DNA of 64,000 nucleotides from Selaginella moellendorffii (taxonomy: Eukaryota > Plantae > Lycopodiophyta), in NCBI RefSeq assembly GCF_000143415.4, contig NW_003314265.1:1964777-2028776 (forward strand), read 5' to 3'. The notes beneath the pieces are model-generated. The model had not been told where the DNA came from and searched no databases. It saw only the letters and a program-made list of their open reading frames with translations. Made by a program: the position numbers and the translations under genes. Position 1 is the stretch's first letter. Each line of letters begins with the position of its first letter. This document shows positions 11,841 to 22,366 of this stretch, piece after piece.

Positions 11841-12450
11841 TCCAGCTTCCTCACCCTCCACCACAGTCCACTTAAAGCCCGACTGGTAACCCATCGCTAG
11901 TACATCCTTAGAAGCATCTCAGCTCAATCCTGTGCTGAAATGTATGTAAAACAACGCATCTACAGGCTGGTGAGACAATCGCCTTCAACTCTGACAAAAT
12001 CTTTAGTTTCATCGAAACTCCTGTCTCAACTCTCTTCACAGACGAGCTTTGCAGGAGTAGAAATGATGCTGGAAGAGAGCGAGATCGAGGCGGAGATACC
12101 CGAAAAAGACCTTGAGATTATCTGGAGGCAAACGCCGGCAGAACGTAAACAAGGTCGAGACTGCTGTTCGTGTCACGCACATTCCAACACATTGCTCTTC
12201 GCTTCTAAGGTACATGAAACAATGTTTCTAGAGATCTAGCGCTGTAAAACTTTCTTCGAGTTCGAGAGAAGCCAAAGAGACGTTGTCAAGGCGGAGTGGG
12301 GGCAGCAAATAAGAAACTACGTCTTCCATCCTTACAGGATTTGAGAACAAACGCGGAAACGTCGGACATCAGTGTCATCATGGGTGGGAATTTGGAGCCA
12401 CTTCTCACAGCGTATCTCATGTCCAAGCAATCCAGTGCCAGTGTAAGTTG
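11841..12450 (+). pseudogene. prfB pseudogene fragment (11841-11954 in native orientation, remainder inverted), with introns, deletions and frameshifts
   Basis: Near-identical blocks to 2341-3179, e.g. RLVRQSP, TSFAGVE and aaggcggagtgggggcagcaaataagaaactacgtc. Confidence 0.88.
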
Positions 12451-12499
12451 CTTGAGATAGTTCCATGGTTAATACATTATGTTCTATTTCTCTTGATAC

Positions 12500-13593
12500 T
12501 CTTTACGGTTTTTGTCTGGGCAAATCATACGTGCTTATTAGTATCTTGTCCAGGCATCGGGTGCGGAGGAGTTTAACTATGGCAGTCGTATTGATCATGT
12601 TCGTATTGCCGGTCCCTGCGCTGGCCATTGTCAGTGTCCTGATGGATCGCATGACAATAGTAGCTGTGACGGATTTGCAGAGTGTGGAACAGATATGTGT
12701 GACATTCTTCTTAAGTTTAAGCGTGCAAAGCTGGACACCCTTCCGAGGTACGCAAAAAAGACAGACTAGTTGTTGCCAGTGTTGATGTTTCTCCATGGAA
12801 GATGGAGTGGTGGGAGAAGCTTAAAACTGGATGGTTCAGTTCACGCTCCTGTTATTCTGCAGCTTAAGCATTTACCTTCCATGAAGCTCCACAACTGGCC
12901 GCTCGATTTATGCCTGAGCTTCGCGGTCGTCAGCAAAGTATTGCTAAGTAACTTCTTATAGCGAAGGACGTTTCTGACAACCGCTCGTGCTGACTGGTAC
13001 AGTTTCCATTTTCAGAAAGCTCAACGAGAGAGCAACAGCTAACACCGAGCCAGATACAAGCCGAAATGTCTCCAAGCCCGCTTTTACACAGGAAACGGGC
13101 AGCAGGAAATTACAGAGGCTGTCACAAAGCAGATTGACAGGGTTTTGCTATCGAAGGCATGAATCTTCTGACAAAATGAGCTGCACAAACGTCGTAGTGC
13201 ATGGACAGAGCTCCAGCCTTACGGATGGAATCCAGCAATCACCTGAATTATGTGACAATAACAACTGCTCAGAGGTTGCAGCTTGCGAGGAGAGTGCCAG
13301 TCTCATGGATATGTCAGATGAAACACCGATGAGAAGCTCTCAGCAGAGCTTGGAAAAATCGGCAGCAGATCTTCCATTGTGCAAGGGACACAGTGAGCCT
13401 TGTGTCGTGAGAACAGTTAAGAAGGCTGGTCCCAAACTTGGTCGTGGTTTCTACGTCTGTGATCGAGCAAAGGTAATCTGCCTTGAAAGATTCTTCATAT
13501 TTTATTCGTTGTTTCCAACAGGGCCCAGCTTCCAATCCTGAAGCAAGGTGCGATCATTTTCAGTGGTCTTCGTCCAGGACAAAAAAGAAGTGA
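12500..13593 (+). pseudogene. APE2 3'-half duplicate (inverted relative to native), introns retained
   Basis: Reverse-complement match to 1-1135. The N-terminal catalytic half is missing and there are small deletions. Confidence 0.9.
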
Positions 13594-13768
13594 AAAGTCG
13601 CTTCTATATCTAAGCTATTAACGTGCATTCGAGTACAACGACTGTTATATCTCAGCTTCGCTGCTTAGGTGAGGGCGTTTTAACACATCTACTTCTGTTT
13701 GTGAATGTTTTTTATTTTCCAGACAATCATATCTAAGATCACTCCTAAGAAGGAAAGTGCCTTCAAGT

Positions 13769-14125
13769 CTACTTGATGAGTTTCCTGAGCTCGCTCACAA
13801 GCTCGGGATCCGAGACTTGGAACGCCTTGGTAATTACATCGTCGCTCACGTCCGGCAAAGACCGTCTTTGCAACCTCGAAGTCCCCGGATTCTGGCTGTT
13901 AAACGTGGCGATCCCCACAGCTTCCTACTTCCGAACGTTGAATTGGAAGTGGACGACCCGAGGAAACATGACCCGACACGAACATGTTCCCGGCCTACAA
14001 AGAGGAGCTCCGTACGCATAAGGGTCCTCGTCTGATCCTGGAGCACAGGCCAGCAGGCTGGAGGAGAAGAATGGCCAAGCAGCAGCTCACTGAGAATGCT
14101 CTTTCCCTAGTCTAGAATTTTCAAT
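13769..14125 (-). pseudogene. Germin-like protein pseudogene with internal deletion
   Basis: Minus frame reads MFPRVVHFQFNVRK*EAVGIATFNSQNPG...DVSDDVITKAFQV...LRKLIK* (germin C-terminal box). An upstream SDEDP remnant is present. Confidence 0.8.
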
Positions 14126-14568
14126 GAGAATTTTTTACTTGCATGCTACGCTCATGCATGCACAGGGGCTGAATCGTAGGACTCCTGCGTTGCACGGTTG
14201 CTTTGTGGAAACTTTGGAGTGTGCGATGATGTGGAGAGAGGTCTTAAGGTTTGATCACTAAGTTCCCTGGACAGCAGATGCATTATATGAGCTCTGGACA
14301 TACAATGGCATGGTCATCTTCTTTCACGATGGTAAGAAGCAACAATCTCTTTTTGTCCTTTCGTGAGATAGGCAGGAGGAAAATTTCCTAGTGGCCGCCA
14401 TCACCCAGTCAGTTTTTTTTCAATCCCGTGCAGTGGACGCGGGAGGAAATGGAAAGCTCGTTCCAAGAGATTGGGAAGCAATTCGTAGGGAAATCAGTCA
14501 TCAATGTTCCTGGGATTTGAATAAAAAACTGCTTCTTCATTTTAGTAGTTTTACTAAGCCCTTCTTCT

Positions 14569-17500
14569 TTAATAATGGTGATCTTTACAGACCCAGCCAC
14601 TTGGACTTTTGACGAGTCCAAAGCACTTCTTCATCATCAAGATTCGGTCCTTGCCATATCGTTGAGGTGAATTCTTTTTCACATACTCAAACAACTCCAC
14701 AATGTCATCTTTTGATGCTGGTTGCAACCTGTTATTGAGATCGCCTTCAAAGCAGGAGTCGATTGTAGCCTTCAAGCCATTTGCACCAAGCTCAATCAAG
14801 GTGCCAACCAGCTCCCCTCCCTCAGGCATTGCCACTTTACCGAGCTTTGCAAGGGTGAAACACATTGTGATGGCTGGGACGAAGATGTTGCTATACTTTT
14901 TGAACCATTGATTTGGGATAGTGATTGGTACTCCTGGGTACTTCTTCAAATCAACTGGGTGACAGCCGCTCGGATGCTCACATAAGTAGCTAATATTTGC
15001 TCGTTTCCCTATCAGTGGTGAATATTTTAGTAACAGACTTGACGCCATTGTAAGGTGCGGGAGTTTTGGACACTCCAGCTTAATGGATTCCAACAGTGAT
15101 GAGCAGCTCTTGATCAATGCGTTTTCTGTGTCTTTCAGGCCCTTTTGCAGCTTCTGTAAAGATTCTTTGATATCTGTTATGGAGACCTTAAAGTCCTCCA
15201 TATATATCTGAATCCCCTGCATTTGACGCTTATGTAATTGGTAGCAAAACTTGGCAAGGTTGCTCATGTCATCACTTTCAAACTTTGGGATCTCAACCTG
15301 CACAAGCTGTTGCTGCTGGCTTTGATACACAGGCACTATGTGCTGGTTGTATTCTTTGACAACCTCTTCAACAGCACGCTTACGTGGCTGAATAATCTCG
15401 TTGACTTCACTTGGCATCAAGAGTTCCAAGGCACTTGTGGAGTCACCAAAACCCCAGGTAAAGTGATAATCAAAGCCCTCCCTGGCTACCATCTGTTTAA
15501 CCTCTTGCAGTGCCCAACAGCTCTTGCTGTTTTCATTGCATGACCCCTGTTGTCGTGATGCTTTTCCAAATTGTCTTACCTTTACTGGATTTAGAGCATG
15601 CTCTTCAAGCTTGATGAAAGGACAGGCCCTGTTAGTTTCCTTGACTACACAATCCCGTATCTCCTTCATGAACTGCTCCCCTTTGAGTCCCCTCTTTTCT
15701 TCCTTGGGCACCATCAACATAATATCCACCCATTGCCGATCTGTCCAATGCTTATAATCCCCACCAATAGTCACCAGAACTTGAATGAGATCCTCTTGGA
15801 AGGAAACCCAACCAGCACCAATGTTACTTCCATGGCCCCATCTGTTACACATCTCCTTCACCTTGGCTTGAATAACTGCAAAAACTCCTACTTTCAACCA
15901 ACAAACACACAGACATCAATGTTTAATCTCAATCCCAGCAGTGAAGAGCATAATTACCTGATGGGAGAAGAACGAAGCCCTTCATAGTGTCGTCTGCTTG
16001 CAATCTCCGACCCCAACAATCATATGTTTGCTCGCTTTCAATCCATCCAGTGAACTCATCACGCAATAATGCAGGCACAATGAGGTGTTCTGGCAGATTT
16101 CGTGGCTCTGACCACCTTATGTCCCAGCTCCTCATGCCATCAGGAATCAAAACCCCCATCTCACAAAGCAGCTTGAGCAGGAAATAGATGTTGCCCTCTG
16201 CAGTCTCTCCAAGTATTTTGAGCTCTTGTACTGCTTTCGCAGTAGACCACTTGGGCTCCCCCCACTTCATTGTATTGTTTCTGTCTTGCTTAGGAATGAA
16301 AATTCCTAACACAGTATGGAGAAACCATGGCATGTCTAGAACTGCATTGTTGACAATCAATGCAGCTTCCTTGTCGTTTGGATGCGTGTTTTGATATGTG
16401 TCATCTGCCCCAAAGTAGACCACTTCTCCCATGTCATGTAGGCAGATGAATGTGTATTGTGCAGCAAATGCCTGATCTTCTTTCTCCCCCTGGAACCAAG
16501 CCTTGGACATCTCATGTAGGTCGACCACCCTCTGCTGGACAATTGTTTGTGCCCGTTTGTGGATATGATACCATGGTGTGGATGAAGCCCGCTCTCTGAT
16601 AACCTCATCACAAGTCCAGGGAATCACAGTAACTTCATTTATCATTTCGCCCACTGCTATAGCCAGCTTGGGCTTCAGTTCCTTCTGTACCTGACGAGCA
16701 TTCAACCCATTCACCTCGAAATAGTGATCACCACGTTGGCCCTGAACAAAGTCTAGCTTGTCCTTATACTTGAGTAACAGTGTCGTCGCAGCTGCTCGAG
16801 CTTCTACCAAGAAACGGTCATGACGAACAAAGATGTTGAGTACTAAGAAAATGGTGGGTTTCCTAGCTGGTGTTGCAGTTTGGTGGGCCGCTATGAAGCG
16901 AAGCCAGTATTGGAGCTCTGTTTCCAAGTCACCTCCAGGACCTCCAACCTTGCACACCACCATGAAGAGATCTTTGTCGCTGCCCCTGAGGAAATAGTGA
17001 TGAAAAGCGTGGTAGACCTCCTGGCCTCCCAGATCGTAAATCAGGAGTTTCTTCCTCTCTCCAAATCTGAGAGTCCTCCTCTCAATTCCCACTGTTGATG
17101 CATGATCCTGACTCACACACTGGCAGAGGGCTGCATAGGGGCGGACCAGATTGGTGGAGATGGTGGTCTTGCCCGAGGCAGTGTGGCCGCACATGAACAG
17201 CTTGGTAGTTGATGGTGTGACTGGAGGGTTTTCTAGAGCGCTTTGTGCAAGAACGGGGCTCTTCTGAAATAGAGCATTCCGGTACTTCACCCTCAACCAT
17301 CTGTCCTCCAACAGTTTGGAAGCCCATTCCCCGCGAATGCGCAGTCTCTGGATCCGGTTGCTGTAGTTGGCCTCCAAATTGCTGAGAATCGCATCTTGAT
17401 ACTCCTTGAGAGGAAGACTAAAGTACTCACATGAGGAGAAGCTTTCCCTCTGCTTAAGAAAATCGGTGTCAATATCAATGTTGAAAAAACCACTCACCTT

Positions 17501-18328
17501 CACCCCCAAGGAGAAACTTTCAAGCTTGCAATATGGGCTCGTCAGCAGCCGGCCCAGCAGCTGAACGATAGATAAAGGTAAATAGAATGGTGTTAACTCC
17601 AGGAACCAGAGCTTGGACTTCGCATTGTTGTTTATGCAATCTTCTAGCAGGGAAATCTCCGCAGGGCTGGGCTCATTTGAAATTCCTAGGCCCTCTATTG
17701 CTCCGCAGATTTGGCTGAGTAGCGCCTGATCATTTGGGATGTCGATCAGCGTAAGCTTCCGTAAACTTGTTCCAGCCTGGAAGAGGGCAGGAGTCAAGTA
17801 TTCATTCTGATCCAGGGACAGCTCCCAGATCTTGCAGGCTGGATCTTGCAGCAGCTTCTCCAGATGGGGCGAGCAATCGCAATGAAAAAACTCCAGACGT
17901 TCTAAATACTTCGGAAGTGTTGATCCTGCTAAAGCATCTAAATCTACAGCACAGGAATATACAAAAAGCGTCTTGAGCTTGATTGGCATCCCCTTGTGCT
18001 TGGCAGCAGCAATAGCTTCATCGAAGCTGCGAATCACCAACTCGCGAAAATCTATTTCATATATTCCAAGGCTGCTTAGCTTGGACACAGCTGCTTCTAG
18101 AAACCCCTCCGCTTTGTGGTAGCCCTCTCTGCGCAGGATTACGTGCTCCAGAATGTTGTCCTCCTGCAGCAGCAGCTCACGGAAGCCTTCGAAGTCTTCT
18201 GAATCGAATTTTGCTGCTCTATATCTGTTCAGCTCGAACACATGCGACACCCAATGGTACCACATCTCAGAGCGAATGCTTCCCAAATCCTCGTAATCAT
18301 CTATCCGGGCCTGCTTTGGCTCCCCCAT
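14569..18328 (-). CDS. TORNADO1-like LRR-Roc-COR (ROCO) GTPase, about 1230 aa, two exons (intron about 15889-15956); apparently intact
   Basis: N-terminal RI-type LRRs. Roc: KLFMCGHTASGKTT, STVGI, IYDLGGQEVYHAFHHYFL, ELQYWLRFI. COR: LHDMGEVVYF, LLCEMG, LIVPALL, WGRRL, PSG|VFAVIQ. Then a coiled coil and a TRN1-like tail (YLCEH, FGLVK...WVCKDH). Both long ORFs are open. Confidence 0.85.
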
Positions 18329-18889
18329 AACTTCCCTCAGAATACCCTCAGAAATTACAACAAATGTCGCTGATGAATGAACATCCAAATGACAACTTGG
18401 AAGTGGCTAGCAAAGATGAGTAAGTGGCTGCTTGGCTTTAAACATGAAATCAGATGCCAATTCTGATAGCAACGCAACCCTACGGTGCACGTTGTACAAA
18501 GTCATGCCAAATCTATTTCTCTTTCTTTTGCTTTTGCTTTGTAAAGGTAATTGTTTTTGTAAGCAATTAGCAAAGCACATGCGTTAGACAAGCTGTACAA
18601 GTTTCGTATGTCGTTCGATGCTTGAGCACAAGCCAGGTAGCTTGCGAAGAGAAGAATGCCAAGCAGCAGCTCGTTCTCTCACTCAGAGCGTCTCCGAGTC
18701 TAGAAGTTTACAATAACAACGATTTAATTACATGCTCTCAAATTCTCGATCTTGAATGGATTTTAGTCCACAAAAATGCGCCTCCTATATATTTACATGG
18801 AGAAAATGATTTACGGGAAACAGAGTATGTCATTTAACTAGAAAACTAACAAGATCTTCCAAGAAAGAAGAAAAAGAATAAGAAAGAAG

Positions 18890-19120
18890 ACCCACAGGGA
18901 TATCACATCCACGGCGTTGGGTCGCCGTTGCCAACAGGTTCTTCCATCTTGCCGGAAGAAAGAAAAAAAGAAAAGAAAAGAGGATTAAAGCAAGATCCGG
19001 AGAGACAAACCTGATCATGCAGTCGGATGAGGATGGAGGCCCAGCGCCGTGCGCGAAAACGAGCAGCGGCACCGGATTCAGGCGCGGTCGCTTTGTTTGG
19101 ATGGTTTCGAGCTCATCCAC
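18890..19120 (-). pseudogene. Fragment of a KANSL3-like alpha/beta-hydrolase gene
   Basis: PLLVFAHGAGPPSSSDCMIR|WKNLL resembles the VFAHGAGAPSSSDWMIRWK motif of plant KANSL3-like proteins. It is truncated after about 2 exons. Confidence 0.6.
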
Positions 19121-19334
19121 AGCGGGCTAGACAGCTTTTTGGTGGAGGGATTTGCTTAGAGTTCTTTTGCAGTACGGGGGACTGGCTTTCATGGCAGCGA
19201 TTTGGGAGGTACATTCTTGGAAGAGCTTGCTTGGATGGTTTCGAGCTCATCCACAGCGGGCTAGACAGCTTTTTGGTGGAGGGATTTGTTTAGAGTTTTT
19301 TTGCGGTACGGGGGATTGGCTTTCATGGCAGCGA
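19097..19334. repeat. Local tandem duplication (period 134 bp; second copy partial)
   Basis: ttggatggtttcgagctcatccacagcgggctagacag...ggcagcga occurs at 19097 and 19231. The paralogous region at 44721-44827 has one copy. Confidence 0.9.
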
Positions 19335-19582
19335 ACACGTCAATGTTATTGACTTGATTCTCTCGTGGTTTTCTTGCTGTTTTCTTTGGTTTAGACATCC
19401 GCGACGAAGAACGGGGATACGCAAAACAAAGAAGCAAAGAAAAGCGAGAATATTTGTTTCACATGAAATCATCAAGTGTGGTACTAAGAAACGAAAAGAT
19501 CTTTCCATTAAAGGGCTTTTTTTTATATTGCTTCAGGTTTCTAGGGTTTAGCGACGGAAGAAAACGTTTTAGACCATCAAAG

Positions 19583-20190
19583 ATGCTCCCGCCCGATCGA
19601 GCTCAGGGCCTACATTGCCACGGGTTCCAGGGACGTAGAGGGCGACGATGGGGAAGTACTCTCCCATTGTTTGGGACCTTGACGACGGCAGGAAATCTGA
19701 TGCCCTTGTCTATATTCTCCGAGGCGGCTGCTGCTGGAGAGGATGAAACACAGCCGATTGACACCGACGTGCTTTCCAGCGGTGGTGGTGACAAAGACAA
19801 TTCCGGGAGCCGAGATGAGGAGCAGCGGTACGAGCAGGAACTTTACGAGAAAGAGCTTGTGGAACTTAGCGACGACGATGGTAGTGCTCCAGACGAGCGC
19901 TTGGGGTCGGACTCGGACTAGGACGATAGATCGCTGCCCCCACAGCTACGTAGTATTGATATGCTGCGAGGCTGCCGAAGCGTGGACGAGTTTGAGAGGC
20001 TTAACAAGATCGACGAGGGGACTTGTGGGGTCGTCTATCGTGCTCGGGACAAGAAGAGTGGAGAGATTGTGGCGCTCAAGAGAGTGAAGATGGACCACGA
20101 GAGAGAAGGATTCCCCATGACTTCTGTACGGGAAATCAACGTTCTTCTCTCGTTTCACCATCCATCAATCGTGGATGTCAAGGAAGTTAG
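19583..20190 (+). pseudogene. Cyclin-dependent kinase G (CDKG/CDK11-like) 5' fragment
   Basis: KYSPIVWD N-terminal motif, then [44 protein letters not shown]...[27 protein letters not shown], then truncated. Confidence 0.88.
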
Positions 20191-20264
20191 TCTCATGCCT
20201 TACAAAGCAATGACCAGTGCTCTTTCTGAGTATCTGCACGACGACTGATCAAGCTCTTTTCTTG

Positions 20265-20875
20265 AACTTATGACAAAGAAGGAGCTCGGATCACTATTAC
20301 CGCAGGCGCTGGCGGAACCAATGCGCAGGTAACATCGTGTGCTAATATCTTTTTAGAAGCTTTGAGATTGTTTTACATACATTCCAGCACAGGATTGGGC
20401 TGAGATGCTTCTAAGGATGTACCAGCGATGGTCTACCAGGTCGGGCTTTAAGTCGACTGTGGTAGAGAGTTAAGAAGCTGAGATCAAATCGGCCACACTC
20501 GAGATCGACGGGAGATATGCGTATGGTTATATCTCCGGCGAGAAAGGCACGCACAGGCTGGTGAGACAATCGCCTTTCAACTCCAAAGGTCTACGACAGG
20601 TGAAGCAAACGTTAGTTTCATCGAAACTCTTGGGTCAACGTTAGCTTCTCTTCACAGACGAGCTTTGCAGGAGTGGGAGTGATGCCTCTGCTGGAAGAGA
20701 GGGAGATCGAGGGGGAGTTACCCGATGGGGACCTTGAGATTACAACGCGTAGATCTGGAGGCAAAGGCGGGCAGAACGTAAAAAAAGGTCGAGACTGCTG
20801 TTCGTGTCACGCACATTCCAACATGAGCATATCTCATGTCCAAGCAGTCGAGCTCCTCGCCAGTGCCAGTGTAAG
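20265..20875 (+). pseudogene. Second prfB duplicate fragment (inverted, introns retained, internal deletion)
   Basis: Reverse-complement match to 2341-3285, including [21 protein letters not shown] and RSGGKGGQN. Frameshifts are present. Confidence 0.9.
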
Positions 20876-20974
20876 ATCGTTCCATAGTTCCATGGTTAAT
20901 ACATTGTATTTTATTCTTCTTTAACACTTCGATAGGCTATAAGGCCCTATTTCGTTTGAGCTCCTTCCTGGCTG

Positions 20975-22020
20975 AGGATCGTGAGCTACAATGTGAATGG
21001 ACTGATGTCTCCAGCGAGATCGCTGCGCACCTTCTTGGACTTGTTTGACGCAGACATCATCTGCCTCCAGGTGATTTGGATTGGATTTTGGATTGTAGTT
21101 GCTGATTTGTTCTTTCTTCTCGAGAACAAAGAAACAGGCAGGAGCTCACGGCGGATATTGCCACAGCGTAAGGATACGAATCCTTCTTCTCTTGCACGCC
21201 CACCGTGAAGAAAGGCTGCCTCGGCTACTCAGGTAAGAATCACATGACTCGGTGTTAAAGATTTTGGTATTGTTTTGCATTGTTCGACTAGGTAGGGAGT
21301 TTGCGATTTAGAACTTTTCTTCATCCTTGGCATTGGATTAGAGCGCATTGCTGGTCAGGTGTGGCTACGTTTTGCAAGGTGGAGTGTGGCAACAATGTAG
21401 CGTTGCCTGTGGCTGCCGAGGAAGGCTTTACGGGTCTCTTGACTAGTGCCAAAGCCGAGCCTGATACCAGCCGAAATGTTTCCAAGCCCGCTTTTACACA
21501 GGAAACGGGCAGCAGGAAATTGCAGAGGCTGTCACAAAGCAGATTGACAGGGTTTTGCTATCAAAGGCATGAATCTTCTGACAAAATGAGCTGCACAGAG
21601 GTCGCAGTGCATGGGCAGAGCTCCAGCCTTGCGGATGGAATCCAGCAATCACCTGAATTATGTGACAATAACAACTGCTCAGAGGTTGCAGCTTGCCAGT
21701 CTGATGGATATGTCAGATGAAACACCGACGGAAAGCTCTCAGCAAAGCTTGGAAAAATCGGCAGCAGGCTGGGAAAGACTCAAGAGCTTGATGTCGCGAA
21801 ATCTTCCATTGTGCAAGGGACATGGTGAGCCTTGTGTCGGAGTTAAGAAGGCTGGCCCCAATCTTGGCCGTGGTTTCTACGTCTGTGCTCGAGCAAAGGT
21901 GATCTTCCTTGAAAGATGCTTCATATTTTATTCGTTGTTTCCAACAGGGCCCAGCTTCCAATCCTGAAGCAAGGTGCGATCATTTTCAGTGGTCTTCGTC
22001 CAGGACGTGAAAGAAGTGAA
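20975..22020 (+). pseudogene. Second APE2 duplicate with about 1.2-kb central deletion
   Basis: SYNVNGL...DADIICLQ and SGVATF...GLLTSA are joined at about 21452 directly to [11 protein letters not shown] and the zf-GRF exon. The start ATG is lost. Confidence 0.9.
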
Positions 22021-22112
22021 AAGTCGCTTCTATATCTAAGCTATTAACGTGCATTCGAGTACACCGATTGTTATATCTCAGCTTCGCTGCTTAGTGAGAG
22101 CGTCTTAACACT

Positions 22113-22366
22113 GTTATGAGTTTCCTGAGCTCGCTCACAAGCTCGGGTTCGGAGAACTGGAACGCCTTGGCAATCACGTCGTCGCTCACGTCCGGCCAGG
22201 CAGTACTTCACAACCTGAGAAATCCGGGGATTCTGGCTGTTAAACGAGGCGATCCCCAGAGCTTCCTCCTTCCCAACGCAAAAGGGTCCTCGTCCGATCC
22301 TCGAGCATAGGCCAGGAGGCTGGCGGCCGCTCCTGCAAAGACTAGAATGGCCAAGCAGCAGCTCAT
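22113..22366 (-). pseudogene. Second germin-like pseudogene (signal peptide plus C-terminus, core deleted)
   Basis: ATG at 22366 reads MSCCLAILVFAGAAASLLAYARGSDEDP. Then ALGIASFNSQNP and DVSDDVIAKAFQF...LRKLI. Confidence 0.8.

Noticed and set aside
18329-18388. Upstream extension of the ROCO ORF in the ORF track
   Set aside because: It uses a non-ATG start; the paralog begins at the equivalent of the ATG at 18328.
21301-21720. In-frame chimeric APE2 ORF across the deletion junction
   Set aside because: No ATG, begins in intron-derived sequence and frameshifts before the zinc finger; best read as a pseudogene.
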